Positions 1 to 8,528 of a stretch of DNA of 64,000 bases are shown here, piece after piece. Below the pieces are notes generated by a model. It searched no databases, was not told the origin of the DNA, and was given only the letters and a program-made list of their open reading frames with translations. The stretch lies in assembly GCA_963772245.1 (NCBI GenBank), contig CAVYWB010000001.1, positions 664,977 to 728,976 of the forward strand. Direction: 5' to 3'. Position numbers and translations under genes: made by a program. The stretch comes from an uncultured Chloroflexia bacterium. Lineage in GTDB: Bacteria; Chloroflexota; Anaerolineae; Anaerolineales; Villigracilaceae. The stretch's first letter is position 1. The number at the start of each line of letters is the position of its first letter.

Positions 1-2
1 AG

Positions 3-1016
3 CAAAACCCAGCCTGGTATGCAGTAATTTTGACCGGTTTTATCAAGGAAACAACCATCCCTTTCCTGGTTTGTTTTGTCGGGTGGAGATTAATCGCCGG
101 CATGGTGCAAGGGCGAATTTCATTGAAATCGATCAAAACATCACTACGCAACCTGTGGGATGAACTTCTGATTGGCATGGCTGTTCTTCTGCCAGTGTTG
201 TTTTTTCTATTCCTGAGGGGAACCCTTTCCCAACAGAGCCGGTGGTTTTCATTAACATTGGCGAATCTAAGCAAGCCCATAGTCTACAGCACGCTCCTGC
301 GATCTTTTTACGACCAACTTGGCTTGCCTTTCCTTTTGCTTTTTTGTGGAAGCTGTATCTTCCTGATTTGGAAAAAAGAAATTCTGCAGGCCGGTTTCTT
401 TCTCTCGCTCTTCTTTCTTTATCCGGCATTTTTTGCTGTAGATACCCTAATTTATACCGGCTACAGCCGCTTTAATCTTTTCATTCTTCCACCGGTCCTG
501 GCGGGAGCGTGGATATTGATCAAGCGATTGATGGAAAAAAGAAGAATCATTGGAACAATAACCGCCTGCGCCATCCTGGCACTCAATTTATGGTCCAGCC
601 CGGTTTTCATCGACGGTACAAAAAAACCTCTTTGGGGGAATTACCTTACCGACACCTCTGAACATTACTACCCGTACCGAGAGGCACTGACATGGTTAAA
701 GACAAACCATGGAGAAGAACCGATCCTGTTTGCAGGCATGTATTATCCTTATCCCTTTGTTTTCTATTTCGACCAACTCGATTGGACACCATTAACCACT
801 GTATCCTATACAAATTATATCGATAGCAATTCCTTGTCCCTGTCCCGAGCGCTGGTTCAAGCCGAAGACGATAATATAAATATTGTTTTATTCCAGGACC
901 TGGGTAATGAGGAACCGGATTCGATTACGAGTGCGCCAATGTTCCATATAGAAAAAATCTTCCAAAATGATGCGCACATTCTTATTGTTTATCATAGAAA
1001 CCTCAGAAGCGATTAA
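3..1016 (+). CDS. C-terminal part of a polytopic membrane glycosyltransferase-like protein (GT39/ArnT-like); 5' end lies outside the window
   Basis: Frame 3 is open from nt 3 (no stop before the TTG at 30), so the ORF is cut by the window edge. Several hydrophobic helices (IPFLVCFVGW, LIGMAVLLPVLFFLFL, FLLLFCGSCIFLIW, FFLSLFFLYPAFFAV, LFILPPVLAGAWILI) precede a soluble tail. The family call is by resemblance only. Confidence 0.45.
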   Translation, partial: QNPAWYAVILTGFIKETTIPFLVCFVGWRLIAGMVQGRISLKSIKTSLRNLWDELLIGMAVLLPVLFFLFLRGTLSQQSRWFSLTLANLSKPIVYSTLLRSFYDQLGLPFLLLFCGSCIFLIWKKEILQAGFFLSLFFLYPAFFAVDTLIYTGYSRFNLFILPPVLAGAWILIKRLMEKRRIIGTITACAILALNLWSSPVFIDGTKKPLWGNYLTDTSEHYYPYREALTWLKTNHGEEPILFAGMYYPYPFVFYFDQLDWTPLTTVSYTNYIDSNSLSLSRALVQAEDDNINIVLFQDLGNEEPDSITSAPMFHIEKIFQNDAHILIVYHRNLRSD

Positions 1017-1196
1017 ATGGAAAGGAAAGGTGTCAGTTGCGACGTAGGTCAGCTAATAGCAGGGAATTGGCGGCCGGATGGACCAACAAAGGATGCAGGC
1101 CTGCCATCAGGAAGAGCAGGTAGGGAATCTTCACAAGGGCTTTGTAGCTCCTTCACACCCAGTTCACAATCGGCCGGTACACTAAGGGCAGGATAA
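1017..1196 (+). pseudogene. 59-codon ORF whose first 21 codons are a diverged duplicate of the N-terminus of the 1590..2786 gene (probable 5' gene remnant)
   Basis: The ATG overlaps the upstream stop (TAAATG). MERKGVSCDVGQLIAGNWRPD aligns with MVLKGVSFDVGRVMAGNWRPV of the gene at 1590. The rest of the ORF has no recognisable features. Confidence 0.35.
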
Positions 1197-1200
1197 TAAT

Positions 1201-1455
1201 ATGAAACTTTTCTCCTCTCAACACAGGTTCGAAACGAAGTACATCCGCCTGCATCGCCGGAAGTGCCAGGCGTGCGGGGAGTGCGTGCAGGTGTGTCCTG
1301 TGGACGTTTTGCAATTGCGCCGGGCACATCACCATGTTAACCTTAGAAACACACAGGCTTGCAACGGGTGTAAAAAATGTGTGCGGGTTTGCGAAAACGC
1401 GGCGATCGAATACACCTATATCTCTAGATCGCGCTTGAGCCAGCCAGTGGTTTAA
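1201..1455 (+). CDS. 4Fe-4S dicluster ferredoxin-type protein
   Basis: Two cluster motifs are present: CQACGECVQVCP and CNGCKKCVRVCE. 84 aa. Confidence 0.8.
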   Translation: MKLFSSQHRFETKYIRLHRRKCQACGECVQVCPVDVLQLRRAHHHVNLRNTQACNGCKKCVRVCENAAIEYTYISRSRLSQPVV

Positions 1456-1589
1456 TGAAAAAAACAACAACCCAGAGCGTGACGTTAAAGTGGATGGCCT
1501 GGCAAGAACCGGTTTATACTAGGTGATTGGCATCGGCGTTGCTGGATCGGAAAGAGCCGGTTACCCGTTGGTATGGAAGGAGCGATTGG

Positions 1590-2786
1590 ATGGTGTTAAA
1601 AGGTGTCAGCTTTGACGTAGGGCGCGTGATGGCGGGGAATTGGAGGCCGGTTTTCGATCCGAGAGTGGTGCAGCGCGAATTAGAGATCATCCGGAACGAC
1701 CTGCACTGTAATGCCGTGCTGATCTGTGGGCTGGATATCAACCGGCTGGCCACGGCGGCGAAGATGGCACTGGGATTGGGGCTGGAGGTTTGGCTTTCGC
1801 CTGAGATGTGGGATAAGAGCCAGGCGGAAACGCTGGCTTACATCACCAAAGCAGCCGGGGCAGCGGAAGGGCTGCGCGCACAATTCCCCGAGCGTCTGGT
1901 TATGATGGTCGGATCCGAACTGACGCTGTTCATGCAGGGGATCGTACCGGGGCGGAACAGCACGGAACGCAAACGCAACCCGTCCTTTTGGGAGAATGCC
2001 AGGGCCGGCAGGCATAACCCGCCGCTGAATGCGTTCCTGGTAAAAGCAAATGAACAAGTGCAGAAGGAGTTTCACGGGAAGGTCAGCTATGCCTCGCTGA
2101 TATGGGAAGCGGTGGACTGGAGCCTGTTCGATTACGTTGGAGTTGACCATTACCGAGCGAGCCGCATCAAAGAACGCTACGTGGAAATGCTCCAGCCGTT
2201 ATTTGCGACCGGCAAGCCGGTGGTCATCACCGAGTTTGGATGCCGGACCTACCGCGGGGCCGATACCAGCACGGAGGGAATGGCCGGGGACATCCTGGAT
2301 ACCCGGCCGAACCTGCGTGTAGCCTTAATGATGATCACGAACTCAATCAGCACTAGGCTGACGGGGAAGCAACTGCCTCCGCCGCGCAAGCAACTCAAGA
2401 AGGGAAATTATATACGAGATGAAGGGATGCAGGCACACGAACTGATCGACCAGTTAGAGGTGCTCAAGCGGGCAAGGGTGAATGGGACTTTCGTTATGAC
2501 ATTCGTTTCGCCTACCAACCCCTTTAATGAAAAGTCGAACCGGGACCTGGACATGAACAGTTACAGCCTGGTGAAAAGCTATGAGAACGGAAGGCACGGT
2601 ACCACCTACCCGGGGATGACCTGGGAGCCGAAAGAAGCTTTTTATGCGGTGGCGGATTTCTATAATAGGATAAACCAGCCCGTTCACTCGAACAGCTTTC
2701 AAAAAGTGTCCGAAGGCTCCAGACTTCGGACACCGACAGCAAATTTCCCATTAATACAATCAAGGAAAAAAATAATCAATGGATAA
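1590..2786 (+). CDS. TIM-barrel glycoside-hydrolase-like protein (family not assignable by eye)
   Basis: I trimmed the 419-aa track ORF to the ATG at 1590, which follows GGAAGGAG at about 7 nt spacing. Alternating beta/alpha pattern with segments such as NAVLICG, GLEVWLSP, VVITEFG. The stop overlaps the next gene start (ATGGATAA). Confidence 0.5.
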   Translation: MVLKGVSFDVGRVMAGNWRPVFDPRVVQRELEIIRNDLHCNAVLICGLDINRLATAAKMALGLGLEVWLSPEMWDKSQAETLAYITKAAGAAEGLRAQFPERLVMMVGSELTLFMQGIVPGRNSTERKRNPSFWENARAGRHNPPLNAFLVKANEQVQKEFHGKVSYASLIWEAVDWSLFDYVGVDHYRASRIKERYVEMLQPLFATGKPVVITEFGCRTYRGADTSTEGMAGDILDTRPNLRVALMMITNSISTRLTGKQLPPPRKQLKKGNYIRDEGMQAHELIDQLEVLKRARVNGTFVMTFVSPTNPFNEKSNRDLDMNSYSLVKSYENGRHGTTYPGMTWEPKEAFYAVADFYNRINQPVHSNSFQKVSEGSRLRTPTANFPLIQSRKKIING

Positions 2787-4707
2787 TCATTCAAACGGAC
2801 GATCTGACGAACAGCGGGAGGAACCCGCCCAAAGCGCCAAGCAAAAAGAAGAGCGGGTTTCCTTCAAGTCGGTGGCGTGGGGGCGGTTGTTCGGATACCT
2901 GAAGCCGTACCAGGGCAGGATGGCGCTGGCGATCCTAGCGCTATTGATCTCGAGCGGATTTGGGCTGGCCTTCCCGCTGGTGATCGTGAGGCTGCTCAGT
3001 TCGGTGACCCAATCCAAGAGCGTGACTCCTCTCAACAATCTGGCGTTCCTGCTGGGGGGAATCTTCCTGCTGCAGGCAATTTTCTCATTCCTGCAATCCT
3101 ACCTGCTGGCTTACGTGGGGGAGCACATCGTGTACGACCTGCGGACTTCTCTGTATGACCACCTGCAGAGCCTGAGCCTGGATTTTTACGCCAACCGGCG
3201 GGTGGGGGATATCGTCTCGCGCCTTTCGAGTGACGTGACCCAGATGCGTACGATGCTGACCAGCAATTTCACCACGCTACTCAGCCAGACGGTCACGCTG
3301 GTGGGGGCGATCGTGATCGTGCTGACTCTGAATGCGCGGCTGACGCTATTCATCCTGGCATTAATCCCGGTGCTGCTGCTGGTGGGGTTTCTATTTGGAA
3401 GCCGGATCGAGAAGGGCAGCACGCGAGTGCAGGACCAACTGGCGGCTTCCACGGTGGTGGCGGAAGAGGGACTGCAAGGCGTGCGAGTTGTGAAAAGCTT
3501 CGGGCGCGAGCAATACGAGTCCGAGAGGTACGGCTCCGCCAACGAGAAAACATTCCGGCTGTCGCTGCGGATGGCGGTGTACAACTCGGCCTTTGGGTCG
3601 CTGATGATGTTCCTGGGCTTCGGCTCGATCGCGGCGGTAATGTGGTACGGCGGGAGGGAAGTGATCGCCGGAAGGCTGACCCTGGCGCTGATCACGGGCT
3701 TCCTGATGTACTTCATCACCATCGCAGCCAGCCTGGGCGGGCTGGCCAGCCTGTACGGGCAACTGCGGGCGGCGATCGGGGGAGTGAGGCGAGTGTTCGA
3801 ACTCATCGATATGCGCAGCAGCGTGCAGGACGCGCAAAATCCGGTAACCCTGCTGGTCAGCCAGGGGCGAATCACTTTTGAGAAGGTCTGTTTTTCGTAT
3901 GAAGATGGCACCCCGGTTATCCAGGATGTAACGCTAGAGATCCAACCCGGCGAGATCCTGGCGCTGGTGGGCCCGAGCGGGGCAGGGAAGAGCACCATCT
4001 TCAACCTGATCCCACGCTTCTACGATCCGACGGAGGGGGCGATCTGCATCGACGGGCAGGACCTGCGGACCGTCAGCCAGGCCAGCCTGCGGGCGCAGAT
4101 GGCTATTGTGCCGCAGGAGACGATCCTGTTCGGCGGGACGATAAAGGAGAACATCCTGTACGGACGGCTGGATGCGACGGAAGAGGAGCTGATCGCAGCG
4201 GCACAGGCGGCCAACGCAAACGAGTTCATCCAGGCCTTCCCGAAGCAATACGAGACAGTGGTGGGTGAACGCGGCGCCAATCTGAGCGGCGGGCAACGCC
4301 AGCGCATCTCGATCGCACGGGCGATCCTGAAGGACCCTAGGATCCTGTTATTGGATGAAGCGACCAGCTCGCTGGATAACGAGTCGGAGGAACTGGTGCA
4401 GGAAGCGCTGGACCGGTTGATGCATGCCAAGAGCCGCACCACGGTGATCATTGCGCACCGGTTGAGCACGATCAAGGTGGCGCACCGGATCGCAGTTTTA
4501 GATGAAGGGCGCATCATCGAACTGGGCACGCACGAGCAATTGCTGGAGAAGAACGGGCTGTATGCGCGCCTGTACTCGATGCAGTTTCGCAACCCGGAGG
4601 AGGAATTGGCGGCGCTGCTGGCGATGGCGCGGGCGGAAAGTAGAGGGGAGAGAACGCCGGAAAAACCAGGTGGGCTGCTGGATTTGCTGCGTGGCCTGGG
4701 TAGGTAA
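2779..4707 (+). CDS. ABC exporter, fused permease/ATPase (MsbA/ABCB-like)
   Basis: N-terminal six-helix TMD, Walker A GPSGAGKST, signature LSGGQRQR, Walker B ILLLDEATS, H-loop IAHRL. Confidence 0.93.
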   Translation: MDNHSNGRSDEQREEPAQSAKQKEERVSFKSVAWGRLFGYLKPYQGRMALAILALLISSGFGLAFPLVIVRLLSSVTQSKSVTPLNNLAFLLGGIFLLQAIFSFLQSYLLAYVGEHIVYDLRTSLYDHLQSLSLDFYANRRVGDIVSRLSSDVTQMRTMLTSNFTTLLSQTVTLVGAIVIVLTLNARLTLFILALIPVLLLVGFLFGSRIEKGSTRVQDQLAASTVVAEEGLQGVRVVKSFGREQYESERYGSANEKTFRLSLRMAVYNSAFGSLMMFLGFGSIAAVMWYGGREVIAGRLTLALITGFLMYFITIAASLGGLASLYGQLRAAIGGVRRVFELIDMRSSVQDAQNPVTLLVSQGRITFEKVCFSYEDGTPVIQDVTLEIQPGEILALVGPSGAGKSTIFNLIPRFYDPTEGAICIDGQDLRTVSQASLRAQMAIVPQETILFGGTIKENILYGRLDATEEELIAAAQAANANEFIQAFPKQYETVVGERGANLSGGQRQRISIARAILKDPRILLLDEATSSLDNESEELVQEALDRLMHAKSRTTVIIAHRLSTIKVAHRIAVLDEGRIIELGTHEQLLEKNGLYARLYSMQFRNPEEELAALLAMARAESRGERTPEKPGGLLDLLRGLGR

Positions 4708-4766
4708 TATGGTGAATAGGGAAAAGGGGACAGGTGTAAGGGGATAAGAAAAGTATCTACTTTCCC

Positions 4767-5420
4767 TTACCGCTTGGTAACAAAACCACAGTATTCGCAT
4801 TTGAACTGCCGGGCAGCCTGGCTCGCCGAGGCGTTGAGCGGAGCGCCGCAGGCTGGACATTCCGAGGGGAATTCGCCGGGGATGGGCGTGGAAGCCAAGA
4901 TCTCTTTGGAAACCACAATCTCCATGATCACGACTTTGGAGATGCGTGTGCCCGAAGCGGGATCGATCTGCGTGTTGAGTTTGGTGCAGATGGCTTCGCC
5001 CAATTCCTCCCGACCCGAGAGAAGCCCGTCAAGAAGGCGCGTACCGACCATTTCCTTGAGCGTGCTTGAGGAGAGATGCTGGAAATCCTGGCGATCCCGG
5101 CTGACGCGGGAGGCAAATTTCATCGGATCGATAATACGGCTATAAACAATCATGTGGATAATGACGGGGGCGCGGTCACTGGTGATACAGGTCTGGTCCT
5201 GTATATTGATGGGCTTTTCAGCCATATCGACTTTTACGACCTGGTCGATGAATGGGATCTGCAGCATCCAGCCGGGGCGCTTGACAAAGGTATCGCCCAG
5301 GCGGGTGACGACCCACTGTTCATATTCTGGTACCTTTCTAACGCTGGTTACAAGCAGGATGACGACCGCCAGGAAGATAATAAAAAACACGCAAAGCAGG
5401 GTGGACAAGAATGCAGCCAT
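4767..5420 (-). CDS. SPFH/band-7 (stomatin/prohibitin-like) membrane protein with C-terminal zinc ribbon
   Basis: N-terminal TM helix, then EYEQWVVTRLG..IPFIDQVVKVDM, typical of the SPFH core. The C-terminus is CPACGAPLN..FKCEYCGF. Confidence 0.8.
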   Translation of the reverse strand: MAAFLSTLLCVFFIIFLAVVILLVTSVRKVPEYEQWVVTRLGDTFVKRPGWMLQIPFIDQVVKVDMAEKPINIQDQTCITSDRAPVIIHMIVYSRIIDPMKFASRVSRDRQDFQHLSSSTLKEMVGTRLLDGLLSGREELGEAICTKLNTQIDPASGTRISKVVIMEIVVSKEILASTPIPGEFPSECPACGAPLNASASQAARQFKCEYCGFVTKR

Positions 5421-5582
5421 AGGTCTTTCTCAGCCTTTCGATCAGACAGGCAGGCAGGTAACTTGAAGAGGAATTATACCGTGTCCTCCAACCAGACCGA
5501 TATACGTTGGGCGAGGAGAAGAGTTGCACGAGCGAGGCGGACTTGGGGCGCCTGACGATGCGCCAGTCTGGATTATAGATTG

Positions 5583-6779
5583 TTACTTGCTTGAAAAGGT
5601 CTCGTCGAGCCAGTCGAAGATACGCTGGTTGAGCAAAAGGGTGGCGCCGGCATGGCAATGCTCTTCGGCGGCATCCTCAGCCGTAAAAAGGAGATAGGTT
5701 TTACGACAGCGCAGTTCATCATAAAGCATGCGGGGCTGCCCGGCGAAGGCATGATCTTCTTCGGCATCACAGACAAGGGTGGGGCAGGTGATCTGCCCGG
5801 CAACCCTATCCAAGTTGTATTGTCCCATTTTCCAGGCTACATCCGCCAGAGAACTGGCCGGCAAGGTCCACATGCCCTGGCTGATGGCCCAGTGAACGTT
5901 GCCATCCTTTTGCATCTCCTGTTCCAGGAAGGCATTCATCTGCTCTTCTGAAAAAGACAATCCGGCGTTCCGGATGAGCTGCCCATACTGGCTCGGGATC
6001 AAGGAATACAGTCCATCCACTGTGATGCAGGCGGCCAGACGATGGTCGAAGGCTGCGGCGCGCGGCGCCAGCAGGCCGCCCAGGCTTTTCCCGACCAGGA
6101 TTATCCGTTTCGGATCTATTTCCAATCTCGAAAGAGCATAATCCATCACAGGAGTGACAACCTTTTCCCAATCGGGACGGAAGGGAAGGTTCTGGCAACG
6201 GATGACACTGCCCTGGCCGGGACCTTCAAAGACGAGAAAGTTATAGCCACGTTCCAGTGCATCCGGAACGGTCTCGTAATACTGTTCTTCCCCGGTGGAG
6301 TCATAGCTGCCGTGAACCAAGAGGGAGGGGCGCGGGGTGGCGGATCGATCCACCCGGTAGAAATAACCGGGCAGGTTGGTGCCCTCGTAGGGGATTTTTA
6401 CCTTTTCGCAGGGGAACGGGAGGAGTTCCATGGCCTGACTGAAGCAGGCGACGCTCTTATTGTAGGTTTCCAGAGCGCATGGATCGCTTATCCCGATCTG
6501 CATGTGCATGAAAAACTCGGCGCAACGGTAATAATTGGAGGCGCGCAGAAAAGCTTCCCGGGCACTGACGCTATGCCCTTTCGCAAGGCACTGCTCGGCA
6601 ATCTGGTGGATGTGTACGGCAGTGCGGTTCCATTCCTGGTACCAGCTTTCACAATCGCCTTCCTCGATATGGGCAGCGGTGGCAAAACATTCATTGATAC
6701 CCGACCCGCCATGGATAGATTCGCCCAGCACTCGCAAGAATTCGAACGAGAAATTTTGGTCCTGAAATGCGACTTTCAT
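5583..6779 (-). CDS. alpha/beta-fold hydrolase
   Basis: Nucleophile elbow GKSLGG. I trimmed the start to the ATG at 6779 (MKVAFQDQ..), which is preceded by GAGGAGAG. The track ORF extends to 6857 without an SD. Confidence 0.75.
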   Translation of the reverse strand: MKVAFQDQNFSFEFLRVLGESIHGGSGINECFATAAHIEEGDCESWYQEWNRTAVHIHQIAEQCLAKGHSVSAREAFLRASNYYRCAEFFMHMQIGISDPCALETYNKSVACFSQAMELLPFPCEKVKIPYEGTNLPGYFYRVDRSATPRPSLLVHGSYDSTGEEQYYETVPDALERGYNFLVFEGPGQGSVIRCQNLPFRPDWEKVVTPVMDYALSRLEIDPKRIILVGKSLGGLLAPRAAAFDHRLAACITVDGLYSLIPSQYGQLIRNAGLSFSEEQMNAFLEQEMQKDGNVHWAISQGMWTLPASSLADVAWKMGQYNLDRVAGQITCPTLVCDAEEDHAFAGQPRMLYDELRCRKTYLLFTAEDAAEEHCHAGATLLLNQRIFDWLDETFSSK

Positions 6780-6950
6780 TTGACACTCTCCTCTTGAATT
6801 TGAATCTCCCCTATATAAAGGGAAGATGAACCACCAAGTGTCAAGTACCAAGTCCAATCAGACGGATGATGACCTTGGCATCTGAGTCCGAAGTCCCCCC
6901 CTTCAGGGACGATGTGAAGATATCGGACTCCATAGTTAATTCTTGTAATA

Positions 6951-6972
6951 AGCTAGTTAACGCTGAGTTAAT
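6951..6972. promoter_or_regulatory. candidate TetR operator (AGCTAG-GTTAA motif, TTAAC-N5-GTTAA inverted repeat) upstream of the hydrolase gene
   Basis: agctagttaacgctgagttaat contains TTAACgctgaGTTAA. A related agctagcgttaattaac occurs at 7641..7657 upstream of the TetR gene. AGTTAA recurs three times between 6935 and 6971. Confidence 0.25.
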
Positions 6973-6989
6973 ATATCCAGAAAAAAAGA

Positions 6990-7631
6990 TCAACCGGTCT
7001 GTAAAGCCTGGAGCCAGAGCCGGTTGATCTCACGGATGGTTTGCTCGGTAAATTGATTGAAAATATTAGCCTTGGCCCGGTATTGCAGGGCGAACAGGAA
7101 ACTCAGGTATCCCCGAGTGACAGCGGAAAGGTCAAGTTGTGGGGATACCACGCCTTGTTCCTGGGCCGGCTCTAAAAGACCATGCAACAAAGTGTACATG
7201 GCGCGGTTATGCGCCTGGGCGAGCTTGGTGGCTTCCGGATCGTTTGACTCAAGGGAGGCATTCAGGAGAAGGTGTATATTATCATGGTCGGCCATGGCTG
7301 CGCTGCGGTAATCCAGCAAAAGACTGGTAAGGCTGTCCAACAGCGAGATTGCGGCCCGGCGTTCGACCATTGACCGAAGGCGCTCCATGAACTCAGCGCT
7401 CAGCTTCTTGAGCACAGCCAGGTAAAGCTTCTGCTTGCTGCCGAAATGCTTATAGAGGATGGGTTCGGTAATCTCGCTGGCACGGGCAAGTTCTCCGATG
7501 CTGGCTGCACGGTAGCCTTTCTTGGCAAAAACTTTTGTGGCCTCCTTCAGGATGAGAGCTTTCCGCTCCTCTCCACGCATCCTGGGGTGCATTTCGGGCA
7601 AATTTAGTTTACTATCTTTTTCCAAAGCCAA
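6990..7631 (-). CDS. TetR/AcrR family transcriptional regulator
   Basis: N-terminal HTH ILKEATKVFAKKGYRAASIGELARASEITEPILYKHFGSK, followed by a helical ligand domain. The start may be the internal MHPRMRG. Confidence 0.85.
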   Translation of the reverse strand: MALEKDSKLNLPEMHPRMRGEERKALILKEATKVFAKKGYRAASIGELARASEITEPILYKHFGSKQKLYLAVLKKLSAEFMERLRSMVERRAAISLLDSLTSLLLDYRSAAMADHDNIHLLLNASLESNDPEATKLAQAHNRAMYTLLHGLLEPAQEQGVVSPQLDLSAVTRGYLSFLFALQYRAKANIFNQFTEQTIREINRLWLQALQTG

Positions 7632-7640
7632 ATCCGTGTT

Positions 7641-7657
7641 AGCTAGCGTTAATTAAC
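7641..7657. promoter_or_regulatory. second copy of the AGCTAG-GTTAA motif in the TetR / methyltransferase divergent intergenic region
   Basis: agctagcgttaattaac includes the perfect palindrome GTTAATTAAC and shares AGCTAG..GTTAA with 6951..6972. Confidence 0.25.
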
Positions 7658-7762
7658 TTAAAAAATCTTACTAGATGCTGTTAGACGTATCAAGATGGAA
7701 AAGCACCCCAGAATAAAGTTTACGGTAAAATTTTTCCACTTTTCATTGGATGTGAGGTTTAT

Positions 7763-8356
7763 ATGACCAATCAAACGGAAGATGTGCAGAGTTTCGAGCG
7801 CCGATCCGGTACGTATGAAAAATCCTTTTTCCAGGGGCTGTTCTTCGACCGAATCCATCAGAATGCGCTGCGGGCAGTGCCGGACGGGATGCAACCCGAA
7901 AGCATCCTTGACATAGGATGCGGGACGGGCAGGCTGCTGCGGAAGGCGGCTGCACGCTGGCCGAAGGCGCGGCTGACCGGTGCCGACCCAGCGGAGGGGA
8001 TGGTGAAAGAGGCCCGGCGACTAACCCCGGGGGCGGAGTTCCAGGTCAGCCTGGCGGAAGAACTGGTGCTGCCGGACGGGTCTGCCGACCTGGTTTTCAG
8101 CACCGCCTCGTTCCACCACTGGCAGGACCAGCAGCAGGGGGTACGGCAGATCGCACGCGTGCTGCGCGCGGGCGGCGTCTTTGTACTGGTGGATATTCTG
8201 ATGCCATTGGGAATCGGGAAAATCCATCCACACGGCCGGCAGATCAGCCCGGCAACCGTGCGGAGTATTTTCACCCAGGCCGGGCTGGAAGTGCATTCTC
8301 AGCGCCGGGTGATGAGCTGGTTCATCCTGGTGACGGTGGGAAAACGTAATTCGTAA
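7763..8356 (+). CDS. class I SAM-dependent methyltransferase
   Basis: Motif I ILDIGCGTGRL and post-I/II spacing typical of Methyltransf_11/25. GAGG lies upstream of the ATG. Confidence 0.85.
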   Translation: MTNQTEDVQSFERRSGTYEKSFFQGLFFDRIHQNALRAVPDGMQPESILDIGCGTGRLLRKAAARWPKARLTGADPAEGMVKEARRLTPGAEFQVSLAEELVLPDGSADLVFSTASFHHWQDQQQGVRQIARVLRAGGVFVLVDILMPLGIGKIHPHGRQISPATVRSIFTQAGLEVHSQRRVMSWFILVTVGKRNS

Positions 8357-8386
8357 AATGTAAAACGTAAAACGTAAAACAAAAAA
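8352..8386. repeat. imperfect tandem heptamer (CGTAAAA)x5 microsatellite
   Basis: cgtaaaa tgtaaaa cgtaaaa cgtaaaa caaaaaa, spanning the stop codon of the methyltransferase gene. Confidence 0.6.
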
Positions 8387-8528
8387 CTTATGACATATCG
8401 AGCAGGAGGTGAAATATACGCGTCCTATTTTAGGTGATCACGGGAAAGAGGGGAAGAAAAACGCACAAAGTGTCCAGTATTAAAGAAATCTTTCCTTCTT
8501 TTTATCAATCGAAATGACCAAACCGAAT

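Noticed and set aside
8352-8386. Possible CRISPR or regulatory repeat (gtaaaac repeats).
   Set aside because: It is a contiguous 7-nt microsatellite with no spacers. I saw no CRISPR-like array anywhere in the window.
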